Source: Klebsormidium nitens
Taxonomy: Eukaryota; Plantae; Klebsormidiophyceae
Reading direction: 5' to 3'
NCBI GenBank assembly: GCA_000708835.1
Contig: DF237358.1
Span: 1 to 64,000, forward strand
DNA length: 64,000 nucleotides
Shown here piece after piece: positions 22,201-43,094 of the stretch. Numbering within the stretch: position 1 is the stretch's first letter; each line of letters starts with the position of its first letter. The notes beneath the pieces are model-generated. The model did not search any database, was not told the origin of the DNA, and saw nothing but the letters and a program-made list of their open reading frames with translations. The translations under genes were made by a program, and so were the position numbers.

Positions 22201-25200
22201 GAAGAGCCTCTCACCTCGAGCGACGGGTTGATCGCCTTGAAGTGCTGGAACGTAAAAATGGTGTCCGCATCCAACATGTACTCAAGCCGCTCTCGTCCGG
22301 GTCCGTAGCTCTTGGACAGAATGACTGCGCCGGACGCGCCTTGCAGGTTCATGCGCATCAGGTCGTCCGTGCTCTGGGGGGATCCCTGGAAGAAGTACAG
22401 CCCCGGGAAGATAGACAGCCGCTCCCACTGCACGGAAGGGAAGTTTGCGGGTTGAAGCGTCGCCAGAATTGATTTGCTGCACAAGAGTGGTTTTGGTTAC
22501 CGGGCGTGCAGTCGTAGTTTTGGGGTCGGGAGGGCCTGAGGAGACCGAAGATAGGGGGCTCTCCGGAACCTAGACAATTTCTGCAGCGGAACAATGGAAC
22601 GGAACGGAACGCTCACCTGCTCGCGCAGCGGAAGCACGTCGTCTATGTCACGATCGGGCGCATCATGTCCGAGCGGCTCGCGGCGCAGCAGGGAAACGAG
22701 GTCCCGACGATTCGTGCAGCGGAAAGTAGCAAACGGAACGGAACGGAAATGAACGGAACGCATCGCTTGCCTGCTCGCGCAGCGGAAGCACGTCGTCCAT
22801 AATGACGATCGGGCGCAGCTTGTCGAGCGTCTTGCGGCGCAGCGGGGCGATGAGATGGAACAGCCCTTCCACTGGACCGCACACCACCACGTGGCCGTCG
22901 AATGTCACGCGGCCGAGACGGCACTCCTCCAACGGGTTGCCCTGTGGACAAGATTATAGGGTTTGGAAAACCGGGTTTCACAGGTTAACAGCAGTAACAC
23001 TTACATGGTAATCACTAAAGGCTGGCACAGAAGCTTGGAGCCCAGGCGGCGCTTTCCAGCCGGGTCGACGCTTATTAAACTAGGGTGAAGATGCTGAGCG
23101 GCCGATCGTTGGTGTCTCTGTGTATAGAAGAGTGGACGGGATAAATAATCGATCCATCAGGAAAAATGTGTAGCTTCGCCAGTTGAGCTAACGCGATGGC
23201 AGAACTAGAACGGCGAGCAATTTCCTACCTCCGAGTCTAGGTGGTACAGTTCCCCGAGAGCTTCCAGGGGCTCCTGCGCCGCCCGGTCCCAGTACTCCCT
23301 CTCCGACTCCGCGCCGCTGATCCGCCTGCCACGTGGCGCCTCTGCCGCGACGCTGACGTCACTCTGACGCGACGGCCGCTGCGACGGGCGGCGCTCCAGC
23401 AGCCCGACCTCGTCGTCCAGGTCCGCGGACGCGCGGACCCCCCCGAAACGAAACAGGGCGCTTTTCGGCGGCCGCTGTTCGTCCCGGGGGGTCGCCGTCC
23501 CGGGCTTTGGCGTGGTGGGGCGACTGCGGCTAGGGGGTTTCAGGTCGGGGGTCGCCGGAATAAAGCTACGGGTGCGCAGCGCGGTGAGGGCGAGGTTCAT
23601 CGCGCTCGGGATCGCGGCGGGGGGGAGCTTGGCGGTCTTGACCGGAAGGGGGGGCTTGTCGCGGAACAGGTGGAGGGCGGACAACCTGCAGGCGGTCATG
23701 CTTACGTCAGCGACTGGCGGGTAGGAGCTAAATAATAGCCTTTGTCAGCTGTCGGAGTAGGGGAGAAGCAGCCGGGAGTAACAGTAGGAAATTTTGAGTT
23801 CAAGCACGAGAATCGTGGTCGAAGGATAATGAAGTTAAGGAAGCAGCTACTTGTTGCATGCATGGGATGGTCGCCAGCCAGCAGCACAATGCTTTAAGAA
23901 GGGTAAGGTCCTAATTGACCTTGGTCGCTGCATCCAGGAACTTGTATTCCATCCTGAACATCACGTTCAGTGTCAGGTTCCCTCGTTATCTGCTCTCGTT
24001 GGTTTTTCATAAAGGAAGTAAAGCTTGCGGCGAAAAAACATCGTAAGTATGACCACACAAACCCGTAGCAAGAATCGGTCAGGCACTGCTTACTTTGCTG
24101 CAGACAGCTTTCCAAACGAGTTGATCCGATGCAAGATCCCGTCGGAGCTTCGCCGCTTTGGGTTCCGTTCCGGCGGTCTAGGAGGCCGGACGGAAGCCCG
24201 GGGACTAGAGTCTTGAAAGCGCTCTGCGTCGGCTTCAAAGTCTTCTCGGCGGGTGTACGTCCGATGAACGTCCCATTCGGGGGAAAACTGCACGTAAAGG
24301 ACCGCATCAGCCTTCATTGTTTCTCTGGGCAAATCCTTGCTTAGCTGCGCGTTTCACCCTCGCCCTTTCGGATTCTTTGCGCCACAGAAGTTCTACTTTC
24401 ATTTTTTAAGTTGCGATAAGAAGAATGGGCACTAAAAACCGGAGAGGTCAAAATGTTGGGAAGAGAGTGTGCTGTCGCCCACTTTTTTTTGGATTCCAGC
24501 GACGAGTAAAATAGACTCTCTCTGAAAGCGGGCAATCTTTGTTGGATACTGTCTCTGTAGGGGCCACGAGAGAAAAGCTAATGGCGGTAGGGCCGCGAAC
24601 ATGCGGAGCCATACCTTCTTAAGAAAATTAATTTAGCCCGTCTATTTTGGCCCGTCAAGCACACACTCTTGTTAGTATATCCAGCTGCTCCTTGCAGAGC
24701 AAAAAAAGTGTGAAAAGGCACCTGCGGAGCCAGGTACGCGTCCGGGAGTATCTTCTTGGGGCTTATTTTCAGCCCGAAGTGCGCGACGACGAGCGACGCG
24801 CCCACGTCCTGCGCGACGATAAACCCCAGGGTTCGCCGCACGTCTTCGATCACGAAACCCCAGGGGTTTAGCAGGATTTCGCGGTCGCCTGCTTCGAAGC
24901 TCTCGCCCATCACGGCCAGCCCGATGAGAAGACAGCCGCAGCCCTCGTAGACCAAAGCGGCGACCTGACAGCACAAGCAATTTAGAGTCCAGGTCTTTTG
25001 ATGCTAAACTGACTTTTCCTTTGAAAGATACGCTTTGAAAAGTCGGATGACTTTCCTGTGAATTTCGATTGATAGGAGCGGACTCCTTCTTAGTGTCTGT
25101 TCCAATTGATTAGGTCAGCCCTCTCAGTTAGCGGATCTTGTTAGTTGAACAACCTTTTCGCCTTCGCTGACCCCGCAAAGCAGCCAAAAGCGAAGTGTAT

Positions 25201-28200
25201 CTGCTTGGATTTGAAGTACTACAGGGGAGGAAGAGGAGGCTTACTTACACAGCAGGGCCTTTCTAGGGACTTGACATGCGAGCAATAAGCGACCCAACAA
25301 AGCGACCGTCCTTGAGAAACGTCGTAGCTTCTTTCAGATACTGAGAATTGCAATTCTGTTGTCGCAAACGGTCAGGCTTAAGCGCTTACCTCTTCGAAGC
25401 GCATGCCCTTGAAGCCTGCGGATAGGGGCGTCCGGTAGATCTCCTGCGTGGCCCCGTGCATGTACTCCTGCTGCCAGGGCTCCCGGTGCTTGCTGCTCTT
25501 GCGTGACACCTGGAAATATAGTCACGGTCCAATTCTGACAGAGGATACTTCTTCTGCAGCCTTTCTGTGGCTCAAATGAATCTTGTAACCATTGGTTACG
25601 TCAGACATACCATCAACGGGCTCATTCGTGACTGGAAGAAAGGGCCATAGGCACAGCACTATACATAGAGGAACACGTTTTACTTTTCCGTAGTTGGTGA
25701 GCTTGAAGGGAGTCGCTTCGAGTAAGCCCGCAGTCGACCTGCGCAAAAGTAAAGCGCTGCAACACTTCGAACCTCTGGGGTCTCGCGCAAGCCACAGGTT
25801 TTCGTCCGGAGAAGCGATTGACAGTTTTATAATGTCTCCAGGGCATCCTTTACATTCTGAGATGTTGTCGCTGCCTTCGACGGTGACTGCTCCCAGCTTG
25901 GACAGCGCTGATTCGGCAAGCACTCTCTAACCACAAATGAACGAACCATCAAAACGCGGGAAACCATCAAATTGTTACTTGCAAACAGTAAAAAAGCGGA
26001 AAAACCCAGATTGCGCTCTCACCCTGGTCGACATGCAGAGATTGGTGATCAGTGTGCTCAGCCCCGGCGTGTGACAAGCGGCGCCCAGCAGCGCGAGCTT
26101 GATCTCATTCACACAGACGACGTCGTGACCGTTCAGGCACGCCGGCTCCAGCCCGCTGTGCACTGCCATGTTGGCAATCAGGTGCTCGCGGTTCTCGGGT
26201 TTCAGGAGCTGGACGATAAGCCGGGGACTGCGGGGGAAACCAATGGAAGGGAGACTCATCTTGTAAGAGCGGAGAGTTAGAGAAAAGAAAGAGTCAGTTC
26301 CCAAAAGACGATAAAAGAGAATCCTACGGTGTCTTGTGAAAGGATGTGAAAGGATTTCAAAGGAATTGCTGCCTGCACTCCTCCTCGCATCTCCCAAACA
26401 TCCTCTACGAAACGGAAGGGAAGAAAGCGGAACGGAAATGCGCACCTAAGAGTTGCTTCAGTGCTGTTTGCGTGGTCACTGAGGGGGCCAGCACAACGCG
26501 GCTGCTTCTTACCGTCCAACTCCGGCCAAAAATAAAAGACTAATTGAAGGAACGGAACGAGTCCCATCGGAACGGAACGGATTCTGATACCTGTGCGTCG
26601 CTCCTGTGCTGTTGGAGTGGTCTTTGAGGGAGTGCTGCACGGCGAGCGCGAGCATGGTGCTGCTGCAGTCATCGTCGCTTGCGTCGCTGCAGAACCAAAA
26701 TTGGCACGCAACGGAACGGAAAAAGACCGGAACGGAAAGCCGCACCTGTGGTGTCGCTCCCGTGCTGTTGGCGTGGTCCGTGAGGTACTGCTGCACCGAG
26801 CGCGAGCATAATCCTGTCGCTGTCCTCCTCGCTCGCGTCATAGCTAAAATTTGATCTGGCACGAAACGAAACGGTAATCGAGCGGAACGGAAATCCGCAC
26901 CTGTGGGTCGCTCCCGTGCTGTTAGTGTGGTCGATGGGGTACTGCTGCACGGCGAGCGCGAGCATGTTGCTGCTGCATCCCCTGGTTTCTGGTTGAAGGT
27001 TAATGGAACGGAACAAAACGAAACAAGCGGGACGCCGCACCTGTGCGTCGCTCCCGTGTTGTTGGCGTGGTCCGTGCTGCACGGCGAGCGCGAGCATGAT
27101 GCTGCCGCTTTCTACTCTGCCGCCCTGGGATTCTGGCAAAAGGCAGAAGGATACATAAGAATGAACGGAACGAAGCCGAACGGAAGGGGAACTGCGTACC
27201 TGTGCGTCGCTCCCGTGCTGTTGGCGTGGTCTTTGAGGTACTGCTGCACGGCGAGCGTGAGCATGATGCTGCTGCTGTCATCGTCGCTCGCGTCGTGGCA
27301 GAACCAAAATTGGCACGCAACGGAACCAGAAAAGGCCGGAACGGAAAGCCGCACCTGTGCGTCGCTCCCGTGCTATTGGCGTGGTCCGTGAGGTACTGCT
27401 GCACAGCGAGCGCGAGCATGATGCTGCTGCCGTCCTCCTCGCTCGCGTCGGGGCAGAACCAAAATTGGCACGCAACGGAACCAGAAAAGGCCGGAACGTA
27501 ACGCCGCACCTGTGCGTCGCTCCCGTGCTGTTGGCGTGGTCCGTGAGGTACTGCTGCACAGCGAGCGCGAGCATGATGCTGCTGCTGTCCTCCTCGCTCG
27601 CGTCGTGGCAGAACTTGTCGGTCAGGAAGAAGCACGCGCTCGCGCGCTCGACGGCGGCGCGCCGCAGGTCCTTGGCGAACATGGGGGATCCCTCCACGTA
27701 CTGCATGTGCCGGCTGTGCACGGACGCGCGCATCAGCAGCTCCAGCTGCCGCGAGGGGGCCTGCCGGGAAAACGTGTGTGGGTCAGTCTACTATCGTGCG
27801 TGAATCGAGAAAAGTCGTTCGAACATCTCGACGTTCGCGATCGGGACTGCATAAGGTGTCGGCTTAGGCGGTCGCTGGGGCAGGAAACGATTAGATGCCA
27901 GACGTTGCTCATCTGATCAAACCGGCCACGTTTTCCAATCCACTTGAGGTAGGTATGTTCGCGCTTGTTGTCAAAAATGGAGAGCGTCGACAGGAACAAG
28001 GCGGTGCATCGACATGTGCTCTTCCATTTTTCTTCTGTAGGTACAGTTCAGGTGACTCTTTGGTTCAACTCACCTGTGGGGCCAAGAGGACGAGGTCCTG
28101 GTCGCCAAAGCCATGGTCTTTGTCGAAGAACTCGGTGATGAAGTCTGAAACTCCCTGAAAGCGACACGAAAACAGGTTAGAGAAAAGTAATTACCCAACA

Positions 28201-31200
28201 GAACGTTCGACCAACAAAGTAACTCCAAGCCTAAGACGTATCTTGTCGTAAGTAAAGGCGCAGCATTTCCGGCCAATCCTCCAGACTTCGTACTCTGACT
28301 TTTGTGAGGGGCACCATCCATGAAATGCGTCCCATGATAGACTTTGTCCACTGTGAACCTTTGGCTTCAAAAAGCAGACACATCAGAGCCCGACTGGGTA
28401 GCAATGGAAGGACCGGCGGCTTTCTTTGCGAAGGAAGCAATGCCGATAGATTGGAAGCTTCAAAGCCGATAAGACGTCAGATAAAGAACAACAAATTTCT
28501 AGGAGATGCAACCATCACAACAAGACGCACCCTGGTTGTAAGGTTTCCGCAGAGCACCACGTGGCTACCTGTGCGCAGGGGACGGTACCAGATGCGCGCG
28601 TAGACTGCAACCACGTCAATGCGTAAGCCTCTCCACATAAAATCCGGAATTTGAAGCCCCAATAGGCGAATTAGCGAGCACTTGCTCAGCCTTTCTTTCG
28701 CCAAGCACGAAGTATCCCTCTTGTGTGAAACAAGCGGAACTGAACGAACGAAGTAAGACTTGCAAGCTGTCGTCTGCGATAATGACTGCGTCGCATGAGA
28801 TTGCGGGAACCTTGGGCTTGAGGATGAGAGTAGCAGAGAACACAAGCTCAGTAGAAGCTCAGGGAGGCATAGGTTGTAAGCAGAGTATACGAAGCCGGCT
28901 TACGTGAACTAAGGGAGAGCAGGTTGAAGAGCGATGTCGTCTGCACAGAGGAAACGTCAACAAGGTGCCAGAGATCAGATTTTCAAAGAATCTTCATTGA
29001 GGCTGTATTCAAGTTTGCAGCGCCTTTCTCACGGGTCGAGAGGTCAACCAAACAATATTCTTGACGGCTTTTGAGGACCGAGGATGCTTGACCGGGCGGC
29101 ATCATTCTTTGTTTCGGTGTAACCTCTGCTAATCCAAACAGGCTGGTGATCTGCGCCTATTACCAATCTCAGAGGCTTCAAATTGGAGAAAGTATGATTG
29201 CGTTGGGATTAAAAGTGGCCGGCCTCACCTGATACGGCAACACGATAAAGATGACTGCGAGCATGCCCAGGATGATGACCTTGCCAGCATCAGACTGCAC
29301 AGGAACGTTGAGAGGTTTTTAAGGTGCCGCTTCTGGGAAGGCTCTGCAGGTTCTGACGCTAGAGTTGGGTTGATTTGCACAGGTCACATCGTCCAATCTG
29401 GATCCGGAGAGAACGCATAGAGAGCAATGTCTCCACCTCTTGTCATTTGTGGAACCGCACACTTCGCCAATCCTACGACCACACTAGGACCACACTGCGA
29501 CCACTGATTGCAGCATTTCCTGCGGTTTCAGAAGCTGGTCATCAATCAACATCAAACGCAGCCGTTCAAACTAGGCCCGCTTCCCCCTTGATCAAACTAG
29601 GCCCGCTTCCCCCTTGATCAAGCCGCTTTTGAAGAGTTCTGCTCCTCAAAACCAATCAACATCCAAGAGGAGACACGAGCCGAATGTGATGCCCCTCAGC
29701 TGAAGGACCAACAATACAAAGGAAAAGCAGAACAAGTGAAAACAAGTGAAAGCAAGTGAAAAACAAGTGAAAACAAGTGAAAGCAGAACTGGCGAACAGA
29801 TGACGGTCAGCACACTACCTCTGGATGGATGTCCCCATAGCCTATGGTGCTCAGCGAGATGCACGTAAGATAGACCGCGTTCAGGAAGGATAGATGCTGC
29901 CGCCGCTCCGCGATATTGAGCAGGCCCGCCGTCACAAAGATCGTGCAGACGACCGTATACGCCAGCATCATCACCTTGCGGTGCACCTCTGCGGGGGCAT
30001 AGCGTTTTCCGTTCAGGAAAAGAGATGGTCCCAGGTCTTGTCACAGCGATCAGCAACCAACATGAGTAGGCCAGCTGCGCAAAGGTCAGGCAGCCAACAG
30101 TGTGTGCCAGCATTATCCGGAGGCATAGCGGATCCCGGTGAGGAATCGCAATGGTGAAAGCGATGATAAGGTTCTGTAATTGCAATTGGTCTTGCTCGGA
30201 CAAAGGGTGGACTATATCTATCGCAATTTCTAAGCGAACGGACTGGAAGCTAGGTCAAGCGATTGGTGTAGAGCTTCAATCAGGATACCTCTTGCAAAAT
30301 AAAAAAACCAGTTCAGAGCGAAGAAAGGGCCTCCTCACCTGCATCGGTGCGGCTCAGCAGACGATGCACTCGCAAGACGCGAGTGATCCGCAGGATCCGG
30401 ACCTGCAACAGCAGTACAATAGAGCGTAAACAGAACTATCACGACACGTCTTGTAACAACGGCATGCTTCAAAAGCCTCTAAGTATCGCCACAACAACCA
30501 AGCTTCTTATCTAACCAAGAGAAGCTTCAAGCGACTAGAGTACGAAGGCTTGAGAAGCAGTACTCCAGAGCGGGTGCGAAAACCTGATCCAATAAAATCA
30601 TAAAAACCTCTGACTATCTTAGGTTCAGGGCAACCTGCAGGGGCTGCGCAGCATGGAAGCGAGGAGAAGGATCACAAAAAAAGCTCAAATCTATGTCGCT
30701 TACCACTCTCAGGAAGTTGAGCGTTGTACTCGCGTTTTGAATTGCAGCAAGGAAGGTGGGAACGATGGTCAGGACATCAACAATGCCCGCCAAGCTGAAG
30801 ACGTACACGAGGCTGCGAATGCAAGGGGAGAGAACTGAGCGACTTCCCGAGTGATAGTTTAGCGGTTGATATCTGTTGCAGCTTCTGCAAAGACTCGCTT
30901 CAAGTCAGTGTTGTTGGCTGATCGATTCAACAGCAAGCGATCGACGTTCTTTTCGAAAGAGTTTGTCCCTGCAGCAGGCAAAAGCCTCTGATGAAAACCA
31001 TAGCGAGTGTGCCGCAGAGACGCCGGTCTGTTCTTGAGAGAATGATCAGATCCAGCGTTCACACACAGTCAGCACACCAAGCTCACCGGTTTTCTGCGAC
31101 GTAGAACCTTAGAAGGTACTCCAGCAGGAAGAAGCTAGAGATGACGAACTGCATTGGAGAAACGCACGCACAGGTCATGACGTCTGTCTCATTCTTTGGG

Positions 31201-33269
31201 TTCTCTTTGGATTGGACGTCCCACGGTTCATTATTCTGGACCGGACGTCTGAAACCCGAAAAAGAGCTTAAAGGGCCAGATGAGCATTTCAACGACCGAC
31301 ACTAATGTTTCGAGCATCGAGCATCCGTTACAGGGAGCCGTGGCAATTATTGGAATAGTCGCACTCAGCTCTTGACCAGGTAAATCTCAGTTCCTTTGCA
31401 CCGTTAGTTTCAAAATTCAAGGAGGCGATCAAGAGTCCCTAGTTCTTGAAGTTCCAGTCTCAGAGTGCCTCCTGAGAAAGTTCAGCGTCTCAGTGCTTTC
31501 TCCTTTTACAGACGGTGGGGACTTTTGGTGGGCTTCATCGGTGCAGACGACTAACCTACTCACGCTTGTTCAATATCAGCAGAGGAACAGTTTGCAAACG
31601 AATTGAGTGGTCTTCGAAGCGCACCTCGACAACGAACTCCCAAGCGGACCAGTTGACAACGTCCCCTGAGAAAGGCTCCACTCGATACGTCTCAACTATG
31701 TACAGCAGGACTGCCAGCATGCTCAGCCCCGTCGAGAAGAGGTCCTGTTCAAATTGCAACCAATGGTTAGACATCTTGATTCTCGAGCCGAGCGGGAGGA
31801 AGCTTCAGAGCTTTACAAACTTCCTTCCCGACATGCTCGTGTAGATTAAAAGCTACTGCTCAAGTAAAATGCGTGTCAAACAAATGCATATCAATTTGAC
31901 CTGACTGAAGAAACGAGTGAGACTCTTGTCTTTGAAAACCAGAGGCAACACAGGATGAAACTTCTGACGTAGTACTTGTAATCCGTATCAGGAAAAGGGG
32001 AAAGAAGGAAATGGAGTAGGGAAGAAGAGGGAAAGGATCTTCTGACACGAGTTGAAACCTCCTCAAAGCCATCAAGACACATGCATTGGTACTGCCACTT
32101 TTCAGGACACTTGACAAACACACTGCTCAGTACAACTATTGTTGAGAAGCAATCTCCGGCTTTCAGGGAACGGCACAGATTTCTGCTCGGTCATAAGGTC
32201 TTTATAAAAACAATCTGCAAATACTGGTGTCGACAGATTCGAGGGTCTTGAGCAGCTTTAGAAGCAATGAGATCGCAACCATAAGGGAAGGCGCAACGTA
32301 CAAGGAACAGACCAGCCCGTGACACCTCCAGGTACTTGCGTAGTCTCTGTCGGAACGACACCGCTGCAAAGATGGCTGCGTCACTCTCTGGCCCATGTGG
32401 ACTGGAGGGTTGAGGCAGGTCCATGCCAGCAGAGCTTGAAATCTGCAAAGAAACCACTGACATAAGTTCCTTCGCTTCTTAATTCCTTGAACACCCGTTT
32501 AAAAGTTCCAGGATGGTTCCACGTTGTTTTCAAACAGTTGGGGTTATGCTTACAATCAATTTCAAAAGGAAAATGAAGCATAGAGATGCAGGATGGGAAC
32601 AAAAAGCTGGGAGTGTATAGTGGCGCTGGAACAGCCTGCTAGTCTCATGCCCTTTTCTTATTCCATCTCATGGGCGTTTGTGGAGAAGTAGCATATAGAC
32701 ACATCTGTAAATTTTGGCATAGCAAACGACCATGCGTGAGCTAATAGCGAGCAAACCCGTTGTCAGATTCAAAGATAGGACCTGATGAGAGTATTGCAAG
32801 CCTCCCTAGCTTTGATTTAAGTTAGAAGGCCAATCCTTATCCAAGCAGAAACACCAATCTGCAACACAATAGGCACCGTCAAGGTTTGACAAAGGGCTGA
32901 CGGAGATCCGCACCACTTGAGAGCTTTGTCACTTGCATCAAGCCAGTGTTTTAAAGTTTGATGAAATCTTTTCCAGGAGAAAAGCTATCATGACTTTCGT
33001 ATTCAGCCCCTTCTGCATGGGGCTTGTTACAACCTCAACTGCCCTACCCTACTCTTTCGCACCACCGACTACTCCCTGCTTGAGCACTTGGTGGGTTTGA
33101 AGCCACAAAAAGGGTGGTACAACTTGTAGGCAACTTCTTTCACCTGCTCAATCTCTGTAACGCGCTTCCTGTACAATGGACTGTCAGAGCTGCCAGCAAC
33201 CCTTGGAGGTGCCCTCCCTTCTTCGGCGTCTGGGACTGCTAGCCTCAGGAAAGGGCCTGTAGCTGCCAT
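19250..33269 (-). CDS. BK/Slo-family potassium channel (6TM pore, two RCK domains, C-terminal coiled coil)
   Basis: About 20 or more exons. S4 [16 protein letters not shown] (~30340-30400), filter TIGYGD (29848-29831), RCK1 HVVLCGN and [31 protein letters not shown]2 [12 protein letters not shown] and YGRTYGEL. Confidence 0.92.
26440..27600 (-). repeat. Tandem array of ~140-160 bp units, each the 3' end of a BK RCK1 exon plus donor plus GGAAC-rich intron start (real copy plus 7)
   Basis: Donor marker cacctgtg/tacctgtg at ~27508 (real), 27353, 27198, 27039, 26899, 26744, 26589 and 26444 (decayed). Confidence 0.95.
29568..29619 (+). repeat. Perfect 26-bp tandem duplication in a BK intron
   Basis: aaactaggcccgcttcccccttgatc x2. 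Confidence 0.9.
29731..29781 (+). repeat. 10-bp minisatellite in a BK intron
   Basis: About five copies of aacaagtgaa. Confidence 0.85.
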
Positions 33270-34122
33270 TCTCCGTGCTTGTTCCAACTGGCTAGCAATG
33301 CTGCACCACTTCAAAAGAAGAGAGGCAGAAGTAGCTGGTCAACTCGCAATATGATTCGTGGACACCTGTTGCGGTGCCTCCAAGCAACCCAGTCCTGACA
33401 ATCTCTCTCCACCTTAGGATCTCTCGTCAGCTCTCAGAATTGACATCCACAATCTTTTGCGCACGTTTTTTCACGTTCAATCACCAGCTGATTCGAGCTC
33501 TCTGAGGCTTGAGCTCTGTGGCATGACTAACATGTGATCAGGGAATGATGTAATGAGTTGTGGTGAATTGTAGTACACTACTGGTAGTGTGTCATAGAAT
33601 GTGGTGAGTTACATACATATGCAATTGTATCAGAGGAGTGCCGCAGATGGAATTAAGGCAGCCTGCCAGAGCCGCTGTCCTGAGAAGAGATGCACGGATC
33701 CTGATCAGTGCGCTGTCCTACCTAAAAAACGTGAACTTTAACCGTTCTGTGAGCTACTCCAAAAAGAGCTTCCTGAGGAGCTCGATCAGCGAGCTGAGCT
33801 CACACAGGCACGCACAGAACGACATTTTAGGGTTTCGAACTAGAGCCGGCTTAAGCGTTCCAGCAGTGTCCCCTTTCCCTATATATTGTGAGCCGTTCGA
33901 TGAGTTCAAGCGACGGTTCGATGGGCTTGTTGTGGCGAATTACATCTTACAATCTAGCTTCATCTACGGTACGATCGGATCCTGGTCAGAGTCGTGACAA
34001 TTGACGGTTACAAAGCCTCTACCAATCGGTCCATCGTTTGTACAACTAGGGGCGACGACCCGTGCGTGCATTGTGCATGATGAGGCTGGCCTGCGAAAGA
34101 AGAAACGAGCTGGCAAGCCACG
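33270..34122. promoter_or_regulatory. Divergent promoter region between the BK channel and HPPK-DHPS, with a telo-box
   Basis: Head-to-head ATGs about 850 bp apart; TAGGGTTT (AAACCCTA on -) at 33828-33835. Confidence 0.5.
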
Positions 34123-41567
<7,445 letters not shown>

Positions 41568-43094
41568 AGTGTTGTCCCATCTTGGTCTTCCGTTTTATCC
41601 AGCCTTTCGGTAGCGAAGAGGTTTAATTCATCATCAGCTACTCTTGATGCTCGATCATCAACACCTAGGTATGACAACCGCTTGTCATGATGCTTGGCAT
41701 GCTTGGTGCGGCAGTGATCTGTACGGTCCCGCATCAGTTGGGATGTAATGGGCCATTTGTGCTCCCCTAGCTGCGCGCAAGTGTCCAATTGCGTACCTAC
41801 CAGCTTTCAAACTCAACAGGATCCCAATGTTGATTAGATGATCGCTTCAAGTTTGGCGCATTTGGAGGAGCTTCGATTGTCGAGCGCCCTGCTAAGATCA
41901 TCATTCAATCGCGGTGCACATTGCGCAACATGCGCCGTGCATGTATCCCATAAACTAAGTTAGTAACCTTTTAAGGCTAAGATGCTTACGCACTAGGCAT
42001 CACTAGGCGGTCGCTGAGCGGTTGGCAGCTCTATTCCATGCCACTGAGTACGTGACGGTCGTTAGATCGGTCACATGTATACGTACATACAAGTCACAAC
42101 AATGCAAAGGAATGGTAGATCTCGCACGCTAATGGCCATTGAGGCCAGACTCATGATCTGCAAACATGTTTGAGATTCAGATTTCAAAATAATTTGCAAT
42201 GATCTCATGCTTGCACATGAGCCCGCTGCGAATGGATTTCTACATCTCTAGGCTAGCTACACGCCCGTGTATAACGTTGAACGTGGAAATACCGTTGTGA
42301 TCGTGATGTTCCGCTATAGTAGCCAGGCTGAGTCCCGTTGCATCCCCTGTGATATTTAGGTAAGCTTCAGCTCAACTTTGCATGAAAGCTTCGATCAGCT
42401 CAAAAGTTGCCAGGTGGCAGATGCTCGAAGGACCGTACACATATCACGCCGCGGTTTTAGGCCCATACGTCAAACAGAGCTCAAAAACTTCATGATCTCA
42501 TCAAACGGTTGCTTTGAGCTGCAACAGCCGTCCGATTGATGCAGCGGCCGCTTTCGACGGCCAACGTTTCGTCCCCCAGCCTACCATCATGACTTTCCCT
42601 CATCACCAGATAACCGTTGCACTTTTTTAGATTCTCCCGGGCAATTCCTCGGATCAAAATTCAGGTTTGAAGTGTTAATTTAATGATGTTTGGCGTTCCC
42701 GTTTGACGCTTGACACTATATGAAATCTGTGGTCGGTAGGTGCAAGCGAACGTGTTTTCGAGCGCTCGGGAAGCGCGCAAACCACAACAGCTCGAATCGT
42801 GCTGATTTGTGACCCGACGCTGTTGCAACTGTAACAGCTCGCAGCTCGGCGGAAGACTTTCAAAGTCACTTCTGAACTTTGAAGGGACAAGCTAGGACGC
42901 GCGGTGCGTCTCTCCTCCAGCTGGCTCGTTGCACGGTTGCCTCTCACAAGGGCATCTGGAGACCGCCATTTCTTTGCACGCATAAAGAGCTCTTGCATCT
43001 CCTTAGTGCGGATCCAGTTTTTCCTCTTCACGCGTCTGGCCTGCTTTGCATCTGAATCGAAAAGCAGGAAGCGCTCTCTCTTGAAGCGGCAATC

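Noticed and set aside
26440-27600. Tandem array as a CRISPR array or a repeat-protein ORF
   Set aside because: Whole units are homologous with no unique spacers, there are no cas genes, the context is eukaryotic, and the unit derives from a BK exon/intron junction; the long ORFs here are by-products.
41600-42660. CATG/TACGTA-rich intergenic tracts (also 49200-49950) as RNA genes or TEs
   Set aside because: No tRNA/rRNA/snoRNA hallmarks, terminal repeats or coding signal could be identified by eye.
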